From NCBI GenBank assembly GCA_000934665.2, contig KZ538823.1:1-64000 (forward strand): 64,000 bases of DNA. Reading direction: 5' to 3'. Every line of letters starts with the position of its first letter. The stretch's first letter is position 1. Source of the DNA: Catajapyx aquilonaris (taxonomy: Eukaryota). The notes under the pieces are model-generated. The model did not search any database, was not told the DNA's origin, and worked only from the letters and a program-made list of their open reading frames with translations. A program made the position numbers and the translations under genes. Below are positions 48,521 to 62,726 of the stretch, piece after piece.

Positions 48521-51211
48521 TACCCAAATAAATAGCGAAACGAAATGATGGCGTGCAGAACGTGCTGCATGCGTGTCATTTCACTACAGCTGTCAAATTG
48601 ACTTCTAATAACCATGCTGCAAATTATGGCAGGTCATCCCGCGAACCCGTAAATATTTGTATCGCTTAAACCTTTCAATAACATTTTAGATGAAACAAGG
48701 CAAGATTCCGTTGTGTTTAATAGACCTTAGTCTTGAATGACAAGCAAACACTCTAAACTGACCTTGTCCTCAACATTGGTCACACGACAACCTCCGCTCA
48801 TATTAGGATAACGCAAGCATATTTTAAAGAAGGTAAAATAATCCGAGGAAATATAAACGAATTGAACGTGTCAGCAGAGTAACCTTTGTTGTCGAGTGAT
48901 TTCTTCATCCTACTCACTAGGTGAAATTGTTAACCTCCCAGCAATAATTTACACTAACCTTAACCCTGCTTAAGTAGACAAACAGTAGAGCATTTCAATT
49001 ATTCGTCGTTATATGCAACATGATGCCAACCCCTTTTCCCTGCTGCCTCATTCCAGTCTACACAGCAGAAATCTCTATGGCTTCACCCTTGGTAGAACCA
49101 CATGGTTCTCAAACTACACAAAACATGACTTTCTCATTTGGACCCTCTTCAACCGGGTGGCATCCATTTACAAAACAACTTGGGCATACGGTTGAATATT
49201 CCGGGCATTGACACAGGCACCTCGAAATTTGGGTAAGGCCCCCCCCATAAACACAGAATGTCTTTTCAAGATTTCAGTGAAAAACACCTGAGCTATGCCA
49301 ACAAGGTGAAACCATTCTCCCAATTGCACTATTCCCTTCCCAAGTATAATTGGGAGCGTTGACCCAGAGCATCCAGCACGAAAACCTTTTATTTTTTTCC
49401 CTTCTTCTTCTTCTTGCCCTGTTGTTGATCCTATAACAAGAGGCGGCGGTCAAGGTCCAACCTCGGACTCTTACCTGTGGAAATCGGAATACCCCCTCCC
49501 CCCTCACCTGTCATTTTGAGCCAATCAGGCATTTCTCAAAAGGGTTTTCACATCATCCCCCCAGGTAGAGACAGCACTACAGGTGAGTCGAACCTTGGAA
49601 GAGTTCAGCAACCTATGCCTTCGGGGAGGCCCGATGACAATAATACTATAGGCACCAGAGGCAGAAAAGGACGACCATTCCTACCTGTTCGACTGCTGAC
49701 GGGGATATTTGTACCTTTGTCAAAGGGTACCGGTCACCTATAGTGATTTTCTATGGTGTTTTCCCTGCAGTGGAAGCATTTCTCACGCTGTGCAACTCAG
49801 GTCAACAACCAGAGCAACACAAGGGGTTTGGGTAACCATTCAATTATCGCACAGGGCCAAACTGCGTATAGGCGTACGGGATATCGACAATATTATGCGT
49901 AAGTGTTCCGAATCCATAATTACTGTAATGTTTGTTTTATCAAAATTGAAGATACATAACAATGGTGCTGCGATGTCACTTGTCATGTGTGATACTGCTC
50001 TCTAATTATTTCAGTGGCAAAATGAATTTACCAAATACTGCTTTATTGATGTAAGGGTGTGTTATTACGTCATATTGTGATCACATGCAGTATTATGAAG
50101 CATTTCTATGCATTTTCCCTGGCCGTCTTGGGCCGTCGTGATCGGAGGCATGACCACAGCCACTCCTCCACTTCCTCCAAGCCCACAAGTCTGAAAGGAA
50201 CCAGGTATGAAGAACCCATTTGGGGAAAGTTACCCAAAAATCCCACTGAAAAGGCCACATCCTCTGATGGACGAGGCAACAGATCCCCGTCTCTTTTTTC
50301 CTCCTTCTTCTTTCGCTCAGGAGACAAAAAGGACCCCCAATATTGAATCCCTGCCATTACTCATCTGGTAGGCCGAGGAGAGTTCCTGTAAACAACTTTT
50401 TTTCTTCTTTTTTCGAGAAGCGAGATAGAGAGAGACCCCCCACCACTACCTCCTTCCCTCAAAAAGTGCTAGGTTTTTACGATTTGGAAACTCTTCCCTG
50501 GAATATTCAGCAAAAGAACAAACGGGGTCGGGAAAACGACTGCAATCGCAGCCAATTGGATATGGTGCCAACCCCTACACAACAAGTCAAGGTTCTTCCA
50601 CTAAGGAGAATGGACAGGTTTTAACGCCCAGGAATTTATTACTGCATCCCGTGCCCCAGTTTCTCTCTTTGACATTAGGACGAACTGTTTACGACGACTG
50701 CCATTGGGTCGAGCTCTGGCGGATAGGGTAATTGCGTTTTATCACCTCTGAGACAACCCATCATTTTAGGTATGCATCATTACAAGTCGTTGCAAACTGG
50801 CATCTGTGGCCAATGATGACAATGTATTTTGTTTGGAAATCGGGCGACGCCTTTGGTGTTTATTTGGACTCGTTTTGGGCCAATAAATTCGGAGCAATTT
50901 GAGCCTCCGATTTCACCCCTCTGCACCAAAAGGGGGCCACCAAAACTAAACTGCAGTGAAATGGAAGGGATAAATGCCACCCAACTACAAACATTTCCAC
51001 CGTGTTACGTAGTGGCACAATATACTGTTTCATTGAAACAATATACACGACTGTTTGTACGGTTGGGGTAGGGCATGGTCTAATAAACAAATGGAAACCT
51101 TCATTTACTAACGAGGCTCCTCTGTGTCTCTGTGTGGAACATCTTTGGGGCAAACGAAAATGGGACAAATTACCAGTTTCTGAGTGCTAGAGTAAAACAT
51201 GATTTACGATA

Positions 51212-51335
51212 CCGGGTGGTGTACTGCCCAAGTCCCCAGTTTCAAACAAGTTAGGTGAATGTGCTTCCAACTTGTTGCTAGCGTGAACAAGTCATAAATG
51301 ATTCTCTAGAACTGGAGAATTGGGCCACCATCCGG
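51212..51335. mobile_element. Short Tc1/mariner-type MITE
   Basis: TA|CCGGGTGG...GCCCAAGTCCCCAGTT ... AACTGGAGAATTGGGCCACCATCCGG|TA. Confidence 0.55.
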
Positions 51336-54300
51336 TATAATAATTGACAACAAATCAATAAATTTCGGCGAAAAATGTTTATTTAAAAATGCCTGTTCAC
51401 GACTCTAATTTCAACTGCGCTTATTTAAGTTAATTTGCCTTCACTGCACCAGACTTTATAAATACCTTATTTATTTAAGGCATACGATATGCAGTAGATT
51501 GAGAAATGTTTTTCATTTTGCTTTCTAGGAAAATTATTTTTGTAGCATCACTATACAACTTGAATGCGGATGTTGGCACATCGTTATAGGGACAGGCGGA
51601 AACCTTAAAAGAGTGAGAGTGAAAATGGACGTTCTGTTGCCGTAAGTGGCTTCCTTTGTGTTACTGAAATAGAGAGGAATCAGGAGTCCAATGACTATAG
51701 GTGTATACACCACAAAAAATGGAAGCGACAGAACCGCAATTATTTATCTCGTCCCTTTTTTCCCCTCGCCTTTTTCTTTACTATACGGGAAGTCCCTAGG
51801 TTGCTCACAATGCTTTGAGAAAAATAGCCCGTATCTTCCTTTGACATACATACAGTAGGCATAATAAAAAATTACTGCAAGCATAAAAAAGCGACAAAAA
51901 TTGCAGAGTATACTCATGTATTAGAACTACCATTTTTATGGCTTTGGTGTTGACTTTAGACGAATGCAAGCAGCTCATTTTGAAAATAATCGTCGATATT
52001 TGGTAACTGACATAAAACACGAAACGCATTAATTGTCTCCAAAAATTGATCCCTGCTATAGATTGTGTTGTTTTGAACCTATTTGTGTAGGAAATATTTT
52101 TTAACATCTCTCTCCCAAAAACCGAACTTGTCAAAAGGGTTCTCGTGGTTATAAAAATTTGCACCGATTTTTTGGGCGCATCCTCCGGGGCATTTTCTGG
52201 GTCCTTTTTTTGTTAGAAAAATACCGGTTAAAACAGGGTTGTGGATTTGGGAGGAAGGGAAGCCGAAAAAAGGCAATAATGAGGTGGCGGGGAGTTGCCG
52301 TTATATTCGGGCGGTGAGGTTTATCTGGGTCTGTAAACTTATATGCCGGAAGTATGGGCCCGTATTATCGTGGGTTGGGGGAACCAAGTTTTGGAGTCCG
52401 CTTCCTGTTCTGTTGGTTGCGATAGGTCGTGGTCACGAGGACCCAAAGCATTACACATCATAATGGGTACCAATTACGTCAAGTTGCATTCATTAATAAT
52501 AATCAATAATCAATACGAACGTTTGTGTCAGCTGCAAAACAACAAGGCGTTTCTCCACCTCGGCCTCCCAAAAATAATAATGAAGTGCCCTCACAGTTCA
52601 CTTCTTTGTCACCTTCTGCGGTGGGGACAGCGAATAAAAATCACGGCTATGTATAGCCGTACCCTGCTGTCCTCGTATAGGGGGGAAAAAAATCAGAGAT
52701 TTGAATTTTTCTAAAGGCTATATGTCGGAATCAAAAGCCCCATATCCGAATCTGCTGGGGGAGCGTAAAATTTCTGGCTCGGTGACTGAATGTCCATCTC
52801 GGGGACGTTCACGGCCGATCGACAGCTGCCTATATATGCCCTCTTCCCCATCAGAGCCAGGAACGGTCGGATGGATGGATGGATTGTTGGATGCATGCAT
52901 GCTTGGTCGACTTTTTGAGATGGGGGAAAAATTGGGGAGGCAGCCATGGAGGCACCACTTGGCCCCCATAGGCCTTCTCTTGGACCAACTGACCATTGCA
53001 ATCCCAGCAGAAGCCTCAGGCGTGGGAAAGGGCCGGCCACAAGACGGACAAGGAGGTGGGGTGGGTGACGGAAAGAACGGACAAAAAATGCCTGGTTCTT
53101 GTCCAGGAAACGACTGGAAAGCTTCGAGTCCACTATGACCCAACATTAACGTGTCCAGCTGAAACTGGGCAATGGCCACTGATTTACGATTTCGTATATT
53201 ATGCAGAACCCTAAAAGTGGGTTTACCGCCTGGCATAATTAATACTATTGTACCTTATAAGGACTATCTGGATGGCCATGTTTATGCCTCCTGTAACTTG
53301 GCTTGTTATCAGAAACCAATCTTGATGACAGCAGTTCGCAAATCCGGCAGTTGTAAGGCATAATGAACCCATCAGCCCTCCAAAAGATCCAATACAAAAA
53401 AATCCTTCCTGAAGTTTCCAAAAGGTGGGCCTGAATCCCATCCAATCCTCCGAAAGGCGGAAACGGGTCAGTCGGACAGTTGTAGGGTAATTGCATCAAA
53501 TTGCACCGTCTCAGGGAAAGGCTCCCCTGGACAAAAGGTGTCCAGTCCAAAGAAGAAAAAAAAGAAGGCATTGCATGGTGGGAAAGGAGGCCCAAAATCC
53601 TCCGGGGTCCACCGGCCATCAAGCAGTCCCTCATTATGCATTCACGGCCCCAATCGGCTCGACTTAGGACTTTCCTACACCCCCCTTTCCCCCCCTCCCA
53701 CCCCCTTTTTTCCTTCTCTCTCTCTTTTTTTCCCTTTTTCCCTTCTGGGGCGTCGGTTAGCAACAAGGGGCCCCAACCAAATCCCTCTCGGGCCTGCCAA
53801 ACAATTTCCTTCCAAGAACGTAAACAAGTTCTGCTGGAGGTATGGATGGGGCTGGACGGATGGTGGGTTGCATTTTGGGAAAGCTAGAGAGAGGGTACAA
53901 GGAATTGCTTCCTAACACAATGCTTTTCAAAAATGAGGTTCAAACGAGTTAGGCAAGAAAGTTCAGAAGAGTGCTTCCAACTCTTGGACATTAGCCAGAA
54001 GGGGGTCAATATGGTATTCGTTCTTGTGGCTGGCTTCCCCTCTTGTTCTGTTCCAGAGCATTTCCGCCATCAAGTTACAATACCTTCAACTGTAGCATCT
54101 TTCAATGTAATACTGTACGAGAGATATGTAATAATTTATCATTGACTCTACAGTGCGATTTGTACATATCTTATGGTTGTAAAGCACTTGACTAACCAAC
54201 GCAAAAAATTAACTGGCAACGTATAAAAAGCTGAGGCAAAATTCTGACAAAAGACATGAGTTGTCAATAATGCTCCCTTCCAGGGGGAAAAATGCTACAC

Positions 54301-54995
54301 CTTTTTTTCGCAATTTCCTGAAAACAGGAAAGTGGAAAAGTAACTCCCGTGTCGATGTGTGAATAGAGTGCCCAAGTAGGTAGCAGACGCGTGGTGTCAA
54401 TCATTTTACTGCCCCCCATCCCCTCATCCCCCTGCCGATTCTTTTCTGTAAAAAAAATCTTCGTTTCTCACTCGACAGAAAAGGTGGTTTTAGGTTACTC
54501 TATGCAAAGTCTGTGGAGAGCAACCTCAAGTTATGCAAATCTGGGCAGCGTCGGATTCGATGTTTCACTTGCTCATCCAGCAGCTAGACCCCGGGGGGAA
54601 AGGGCCGAAGGCTAAGGGGAAGAAAAAAGAAGAAAAGAAAAAGTGGGCTGGAGTTGCAGAGTTTTGGGTTGTCGAATCAAAGGCCCCCATCCATGGAGAG
54701 GAGATGCTTGAATAAACATGTGAAAAGACAGGTGAGGCTTCTGAACTCACACTCTCTCCGCCTGATAAGAGGATGGAGAGAGTTTGGAGTTTTACAAGTT
54801 GAGGTGGGGACAGGGTGCTGGGTAGGGTGAGCTGGGTGCGGGGGCCGAGGAGGGTGGGTGGGGTGGGTGTCGTAGTTTTTCAAAAGTTGCAGGCCCGACC
54901 TATCTCTTCCTGCGCACTTTTCAACAGCTGCCATAACAAGCTTTGGAACACCTATTGCTGACCTGCCCACACAAAATTTAATACAATAATAGGCC

Positions 54996-55045
<50 letters not shown>
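54996..55045. repeat. (TAA)n microsatellite
   Basis: Perfect trinucleotide run. Confidence 0.95.
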
Positions 55046-55046
<1 letters not shown>

Positions 55047-58000
55047 GGTTCATGCTGGTACTTCATATTTCATCCTGTAAGGCAGATAACGCTAATGAAA
55101 TTGTGCAGCAATGGTTGCAGATCACCAAGGATGAAGTCCAAACTGGTATTACGAAACGATTTTCCCAGTCCCCCGAGGCGAGGCCGTATCTTTGTAATCG
55201 GCGACTTGAAACCAGTTGTTGCTATGGTGACAATGGAAGTAAGTGGTTGCTTGAATTTCGAGTTTCACAAACAGGAGCGCACAAGTCACTTCCAGAACGA
55301 CCCAGAAAAACGTTGAGTAACCTATTGTGTACGGGCATGTCTCATGTGAGAAGGACTTTATCTCAAGTCCTCCAAAATCTGTTGATCCCGTTTGGAGCCC
55401 TCACACACTACCCTCGTGGCCATCGGACGACCTTGTCAACACGCATCCTGCATGCATCATACTTAACTTCCTTCCCTTTCAAAGCATGGCGCCAAAATAT
55501 AGCTCTTTCGGGTGAAAATAATCCGAGTCACAATTTATATACGTATGAGATCATAATACGTGAAGATTTGGAAAGCATACATCCTGCTTCGTGGGGTTTA
55601 CACGCATGGAGATAATATGTGCGTTGACCCTATAAGGATTGGTGGACAGGTTAACCTTTCAGCTGCCACTGATAACAGAATGAAATGTATTTTGTTAGCT
55701 GCAGCTGCGTGTTGTGCACCTATAGTCAGTTTCTGAAATCAGTTCGTTCCTCCATATTGTGATATCAAATCATTGTACTATAACGAATGAAAAAATCTTC
55801 TAATTTATTTTCACCCACTAGTTTAGTATGGCACTTACTGCTGACTTCTGTGGCATATTACAAACAAGGTTTAAACATTGAGCTTCCCGAAGGAATTCGC
55901 TGAAGAAGACCGAATGATATGTGCGGCAGTAAAGTTGTATCATTTTTTAAAAAATTGTTGCTAAATTGTACCCTAATACCATTATACCAAAACATTTAAA
56001 GAGAAGGCTTGCTTTACAAACATCCTGTGCTCTTCCAGAATCTCAAAATGTCTGACCTGGTGTAGTCAACATCCCTAGTATACAGTATGTGCAAAAAAAA
56101 ATGCCTTCTCCCCTCTTTCCCTAGCTGTCTAATGGGATACACAAGCAATGTACAGAGGAGAGGGTGGTCTCCCTCTCCCCCACCCCTGGTTTCCCCCTCC
56201 TCCGCTCCCTTGGTCAAATCCCTGAGATCCATCCTGTATCCCTTTGGTCCTTGATCAGAGCGGCAATTTTACGTAACGTCGCCCTTTGAGAAGTGTGCTG
56301 GATGCACGTCGATGAATGAGGTGCACTCCCTTGCAATGGCCGACAGGGATGGTCACGTGACTTGTCCTCATTCGTTCTATCACGCCTCAAGGGTGAGAAA
56401 TAGAGCACGTGTGCCTAAAAACGACAGAGGATTCGTTTGCAGTCCAATTAACTCTCCAAACAAGTCTGGATAGTGCGAATCCGATAAAATTCGCGTAAGA
56501 CTGCTGCATATGCGCGTATTATTTAAACTATTGTAGTATTTTAATGGCCGCACAAAAAGGAGAAAGAGCTTGATTATGAATTGCGAATACTCGTGCATTA
56601 ATTATGTTATTATGATGTTTTTATGTTCTTCCTGCGGTGATACAGTATACTCCGCCTTCTCTCCTACTCAATGGTCGGGGTGCAATACTTCTGCATTATT
56701 TCTAACCCTGCAGTTGGTCATCCCTAACCTCCCCATCCAGAAATGAAGCGGAAAGAAGGAGGGGCGGGGTGATGGTGGGGGATCGACTCCATATATGTCC
56801 AACCTGCCAAATTACACAAGGCTCGAGCTCATCATGAAGGAGTGACGACATGGGACAATATCCGGTAACACACACACGAAAGGCCCATATTTCCCCCCAC
56901 CCCACCCCACCCTATCCTGGCTCATGTCTCCTCCCCACCCATGAGAATTTTTCATAAGGGAAAAGTCCTCCCCGAATCAAGGGCAGAATCCTCCAACAAT
57001 GCATGCAATTAACTCCCTTGCGGGGCGACTAATGCCTACAGGCCACGAATATTGTCCAGGTCAGGAATGCTCCAGTCTTCATACAGATGGAAATGATCAG
57101 CAGATCATTACCAAGACAATCACAAGCCATTGATGATGCCTGCTGTTTTTCCCTCCTATTTAGGAGTGACGCTCTTTTCCTCTCTATTGGTGCCCGGGAC
57201 ATAAATGTTTATTGCCTATTGACTGGAGGGTCGCGTCTACTGACCGAATTCTGGGAGACCCATAAACATTCGGTATGTTCAGATCAAACACGGTCATGTC
57301 GAGTACAGCACTGTCAATATGGGATGACTCATATCAGTAACGCACCCTCATAAATCAATTTACCTGCTGCCTTTTATGTCAGAATAAGTGTATTTTCACC
57401 CACTGCACATGCCTAATAAATAAAAACGTGTCCTTTCTTATGGGGAGTTATGAGCCATGCGACACGGCATCGGATACGCTTCCCCCCACGCCCTCTGCCA
57501 GAAAAAGGGTATCTTATCGGCCCCCATTTCCCTTTAGACTGGTGCTGGCATATTCAACCATATAGAAATAGACTTTGGGGGAGGGCATTGATCATGGGGA
57601 TTGTCTAATGAAAACTTCGTGTACACCTACCCCCCTTCACTTCCGCACGCACCTACACCCAAAAACATGGCTCCAAAAAAATACCTCCCTTCTGGGGCCA
57701 AGCAGATTCCATTCCGCACGAGAGAGACAAGAGAGGGAGAGAGAAAGAGAGAGGAGGGAAGGGAGAAAGAAAAAAAATCAATAGAACATTAACGCCCTTC
57801 TCTATCCCCCCCCCCCTTTCCTCTCTATTCCACCCTCATGGCGCTGGCTGCATCGGAAACAAAGTCACGTTTGAAACCTAGGTAAATACAGAAAGATATT
57901 GAAAAAGAGACTTCAATGACCGAATTCTGGCCAGAAAAAGCACTAACAAGCCCTCAATCCTGACCACAAACGGTTAGGAAGGACCCTCCAAAATGCACCC

Positions 58001-59359
58001 GTGGTCCAGAAGCTCGTGCACCAAACAAGGCTGAGATGTCCCCAAAAGCACCCCTCTTTTTTTTTTTAAAAAAAAAAAAAAAGTCGGATAAGAAGGGAGA
58101 GAACACGTTTAAAAAACACTTGCCGATTTCCTCAATGAGACTGTCACCATGTTTCTGGCATACAAAAAACGGAATGCCACAAGGGTGGGGAGGGATAGAA
58201 AAAATGGAGAGGGGTCCCTCGTGCTATACGTCTCTTCTGGTGTGTTCAGAGAGGCAGGAGACTCGTGCGGGGGAATCTGCATGCAATTACCGTCCCTTCT
58301 TCTTATCACAACTGCCGTCTAAATCCGCTTCCTGGCTCACCTGCTTTCCTTTTTTTTCCAGTTCGCCAGCTTTTCTTCACTTTTTTGGAAAAGTGGGCAG
58401 AATGGATGGGAGACCGTGAATGACCCGCCGCCAAAGATTAGCCTTGGCCAGACTTCTGCTTCGTCTCACGTAAGATCACTTCTTCTCTGCCTATACAAAA
58501 GCTACTCTTGCTATTCATGTGCACTATTTTCATGTAGTTCACCTGGACTCTTCGGAGGGCTTATATACGGGCCATTTTTGTTCATATATTTTGAATGGCC
58601 GCTTAAGCTGAATTATTTTGGCGCGTATTGCAGCCAGCTGTTGCAGAATTATACAATTCGGCACATTTTGCATCGACTATTATTTTTCTGAGAATAAACG
58701 TCATGGCTTGCTTATCGAGTCAGCCTGGTTACACAAGGGTCAATAACTAAATATGCGATACGTAAGTGTCACACCTGTGTCTAATGCATTGATCATGAAG
58801 CTACGTGAATGCGTGCCCTTGTGTGTCACCTTCTTGCCGTCATGTCACATTGGAAAGGAAAGTTCCTGCGGTGCTGTGTGGAAATGACCCGCTTGGTGCC
58901 TCCATTACCCTTCAAGTTCTGACCTCATCTAGTGAATAATCGTGGATAGACAGCAGACAGCATCTCTTTATACTTCCCATGAGCTGAATGTGTCGAGTCA
59001 AGTTTATATGTACTTGATGGGAGTCGTGTTGCCACCGGCAAGCAGCAACGCTGGTCGGTCCAATAAACGGATGTTCCGTACCCGTTGTATTATTAGACCA
59101 CAACCCTGACCCTGAGTGACCTTGCGGGGTCAGAGGGATGACCTGACGAAGTCGACTCTCACAGCACTCATATCCCAAAATCCGTGTTACTTCAATAAAC
59201 ACAAAAACATTCGATGATTTTTTCTCAACATATACTATATTATTTTCAATCAATTTTAAAGTGGGTACCCCGAAGGTAGTACGACAACACAAGGCGATGT
59301 AATGTACCACTCCAATGCAATATGAAGAGACATCATCTGAATCATAACTTGCATGACAC

Positions 59360-59630
59360 ATGGGAGATGGATCGGTGTAGGTGGTCTTCTCATGGTCTCC
59401 TAGGTCGTTAGACTTAACCCCAATAATATCATGTGGGGTTATGTGAAAAATAAGGTGTACGGTGTACAGTACAGTACTGTACCACGTCAAAGTCAGTAAT
59501 GCCCTTCAGCAGTTGACACTCCGCGTAAGTGAAGCTGTTAGCTAGTTACACCCAACATGCTACAAAACATATGGACTGAGATCGATTGCCGCCTGGATAA
59601 GTTGGCGTTTACGGTGCCCACATTAATATT
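59360..59630 (+). pseudogene. Degenerate Tc1/mariner-superfamily transposase C-terminal remnant
   Basis: RWIG..GG, WSPRSLDLTP, WGYVKNKVY, VTPNMLQNIWTEIDCRLD, GAHI with frameshifts; same class as 45-395. Confidence 0.8.
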
Positions 59631-62448
59631 TCTTGAAAACTTAAGTTCAAAAATTCTTGCCGAATTCTTTTCTTCGCAACGATGTAAGAAGGATCTGTGT
59701 TTGATAAACCGATTTTGAGATGTGATTACATTTTTTTGGGTCCTATAATAATCATTCGGACACTCTGGCATTACAAGCATTTCCCAAAAAGCCCATCATA
59801 ATGTCATTAAATTTCTAGGATTATACTGTAAGTTATACAGTATAACTAGTTTATAGAGTTTTACGTAGTGATAAAGGAACGTGTACATTACTGAATTATA
59901 TTACCTTATTTTGAAATTCCAGCACTCTGCAATAATAAATTAGGCATTCCAACGAGTCGTTATTGTCATCTCCATATGGCAGTCTCCCTTGACTAGTTCA
60001 AATAAAACTGGGTGGTGCCCTGCCCTACCTCAACTGCAAGTTCTGTAAACAACAGGACAAACCCCAGCGGGAGTTCGAAAACCTATTTTGGGAAGCAAGG
60101 GGTTGTCAACAAATATCTCATTAGCTGTATGCAAACTACTGGATCGTATGTATCCACCGAGACATGCTAGGTCATTCAAGTAATTTGCATGGCTAATATG
60201 ACTTATTTTTGCATACGGGTACTTCAAATAGCATGTTGTACTCAACAATCCAATAGTGTGGATATCACGACAAAAAAAAAGTAGAGGACGGGCCATGCTG
60301 CATGGCTCCAATAGGTTCATTGTGAAATGTGGGTGAAGTCTATGTTCTGTTAAATAAATAAATAAATAAAATAATAAACACGATAGTGCACTGTCCAAGT
60401 CCACTGATGTTACATGAACTGTTCACTCTAGCAACAAGTTCAAAAATGAAAGGGAGCAGAGCAGTTGGAATTAACATTCTGGACCATTTTCATGTTCCTG
60501 ATTGTTGCCTCTATGGGTGAAGAAGTCTCCACATACCACCCTCTTATACCAGGGGCCCTCTATGCATAAATATACTCTTTTTCTATTTGAATTGTCAAAT
60601 ATTTATGTGCATGAAGAGTTCATTATCAATATTAATACGTCAGAAAATGTAAGCTATTACCACAAGAAGCAAATATTGCACTCCTGACTATAATTATAAG
60701 CTTGCCTGAGATGTTTGCCATTCATCAATATTGGCATATGTGCCCAATTTGCATGCCTGGGCGTCAGGTCCCGATACCATCGCGCATGTTAACACGTCAC
60801 TAACACTTACATGCAAAATGAAAAGTGGAGATATAATTAATCAGATCTTGGCTGAGTGCCGGGGAAACAACAAACGCATATGTCGGAGGCATATATCTCA
60901 TAAAATTGCAGATATGACATATATAGATGTTAATCGAGACGGATCTCACTTTTTTTTACAACCGGAAGCTGCAAACAAGAGCAGCACGCAAGACCGTCAA
61001 AAACGGAAGTGGGTTGCAGGATAAAGAATCGTCGATTAGGAGGTATTATGACGGGGGTGAGTCGGAGGACCAGGCCGCCATGTTATAAAATATGCGGGGG
61101 CCCCTAAAAATCGTGCGGGGCGCAAGCCAGCGACAGCCCGCCTTTGTCACGCCAACGGGGGGGTGGGGGGGACAGAAAGCTCCTTTTGAGAGAGGGAGGG
61201 GGGCGGCTGCCCTGGGGGGAGAGAATGGGGGAATTATGGCCGCAAAGGTAAGGATCCGAACTTCCAGGCTGCTGGCTCCTTCCAGCATTCAAGTCCTCAC
61301 GCCTTTCCAAAGCACTCTTCACGCCTCTTTCCAACCCACTTTCAACATACCTTTGCAATACCTGGGTCTTGGCTTCAAATCACGCGCCATTTTACACAGA
61401 TTTTATACCTAGCTAGGACATCCGTGTCGGATGAGTGACGTCAGAAACAATCAAATTATTTATGCGTCATCTGTCCAAAGTGGCTTCCCTGACAGGCAAT
61501 CAAATTGCATAGAATGAAAGGTTTTAGCCTTATAAAGGATAACGCAGAGCTGATAATATAAGGTCATGAGTGCTGTTCGTCTCACGTGTGTAAATAGAAA
61601 TCAGGTACTAGGTGTTTTGCAAATCCTGACATAGGCCTATTTATTGAGCCTGTTATGTATTAAAATGGGCCATAATGCAAAAAAAAACAACAGTATGGAC
61701 GTTTATTATGAACCCTCTGTATAAAAATGACCTGTAAAATTTAAAAACGGAACTTTAACCAATTTACTTGATAAAATGGAGGTCTAGCTCGTAATAATGG
61801 TAATTATTATTGCCAATCATTAACACAAGTTTAGATTTATGATGTTGTTCTATTCATGCATTTTACAGACCAGCTTTTAGCGCTGGGATATATTTTGTAC
61901 TCTAATAATTTACGACCATACTGTATTGGTAATACTAGTAGTTTCTTTACACTGTAATTTCCTATCCCAGGCTCAGAAGAGTAACACCAAATCACGGCTA
62001 AATTAATATTCAATATGAGCATGCAAGAACATGCTTTCAATAATGCCCCCGTTCCAAATAACGCAAATCATCTATAGAAAGCAATATCCATCAATAATGT
62101 AGCTTAGGTGTATGACTGGTTGTATGATGGAAATCTTATTACCAGCACTCTCATCTTATTTTAAAATACATACAGTATACAGTCATATACAGTATATCTA
62201 AAAATATAAATGTAGCTTTAGACAGGACATCACGCAACTCCTGCAGATGCATGAATTCCTGTATACTAATGACTTTTGAATCTCTAGATTCGGGAATACA
62301 GGAAACCCCCAGCGTACTGTACGTAGCCTCGACAGTATAGATCCGGACTTATGTTAAAATTGTCGACATGTCAAAAAAAATCTAAGGAATTGACGGAACA
62401 AACTGGTAAAGTCAAACTGATGCAGTCACTTGCGAGAAAATGTGTTAA

Positions 62449-62726
62449 CCCTTCAATACTTAGGTGGCCGAAACACCCTTAACTATACTTAGGTGGAGCC
62501 TGATCGGCTCCAACGGTATATTTAAATATCTGCTTATCAGCTCAATAATTGTTATAAGTGCAGTTCAGATGATTAGGCTTCCGAAAACGTAAAAATCACA
62601 CGCGGAGTCAGCACATTCCGACAGAAAAAATGGCCTTGTTTATTACTTGATTAACAAGTTAAATCACGTTTAAATAGTGGTTGGAGTCGGTTGGAGCAGC
62701 TCAGGCTCCACCTAAGTAGTTAAGGG
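62449..62726. mobile_element. piggyBac-type MITE
   Basis: TTAA|CCCTT...TACTTAGGTGG ... CCACCTAAGTAGTTAAGGG|TTAA: TTAA TSD and CCC/GGG termini. Confidence 0.88.

Noticed and set aside
55218..55231. RFX X-box-like GTTGCTATGGTGAC and the surrounding 187-aa ORF
   Set aside because: Single motif with no associated promoter or gene; the ORF lacks recognisable features.
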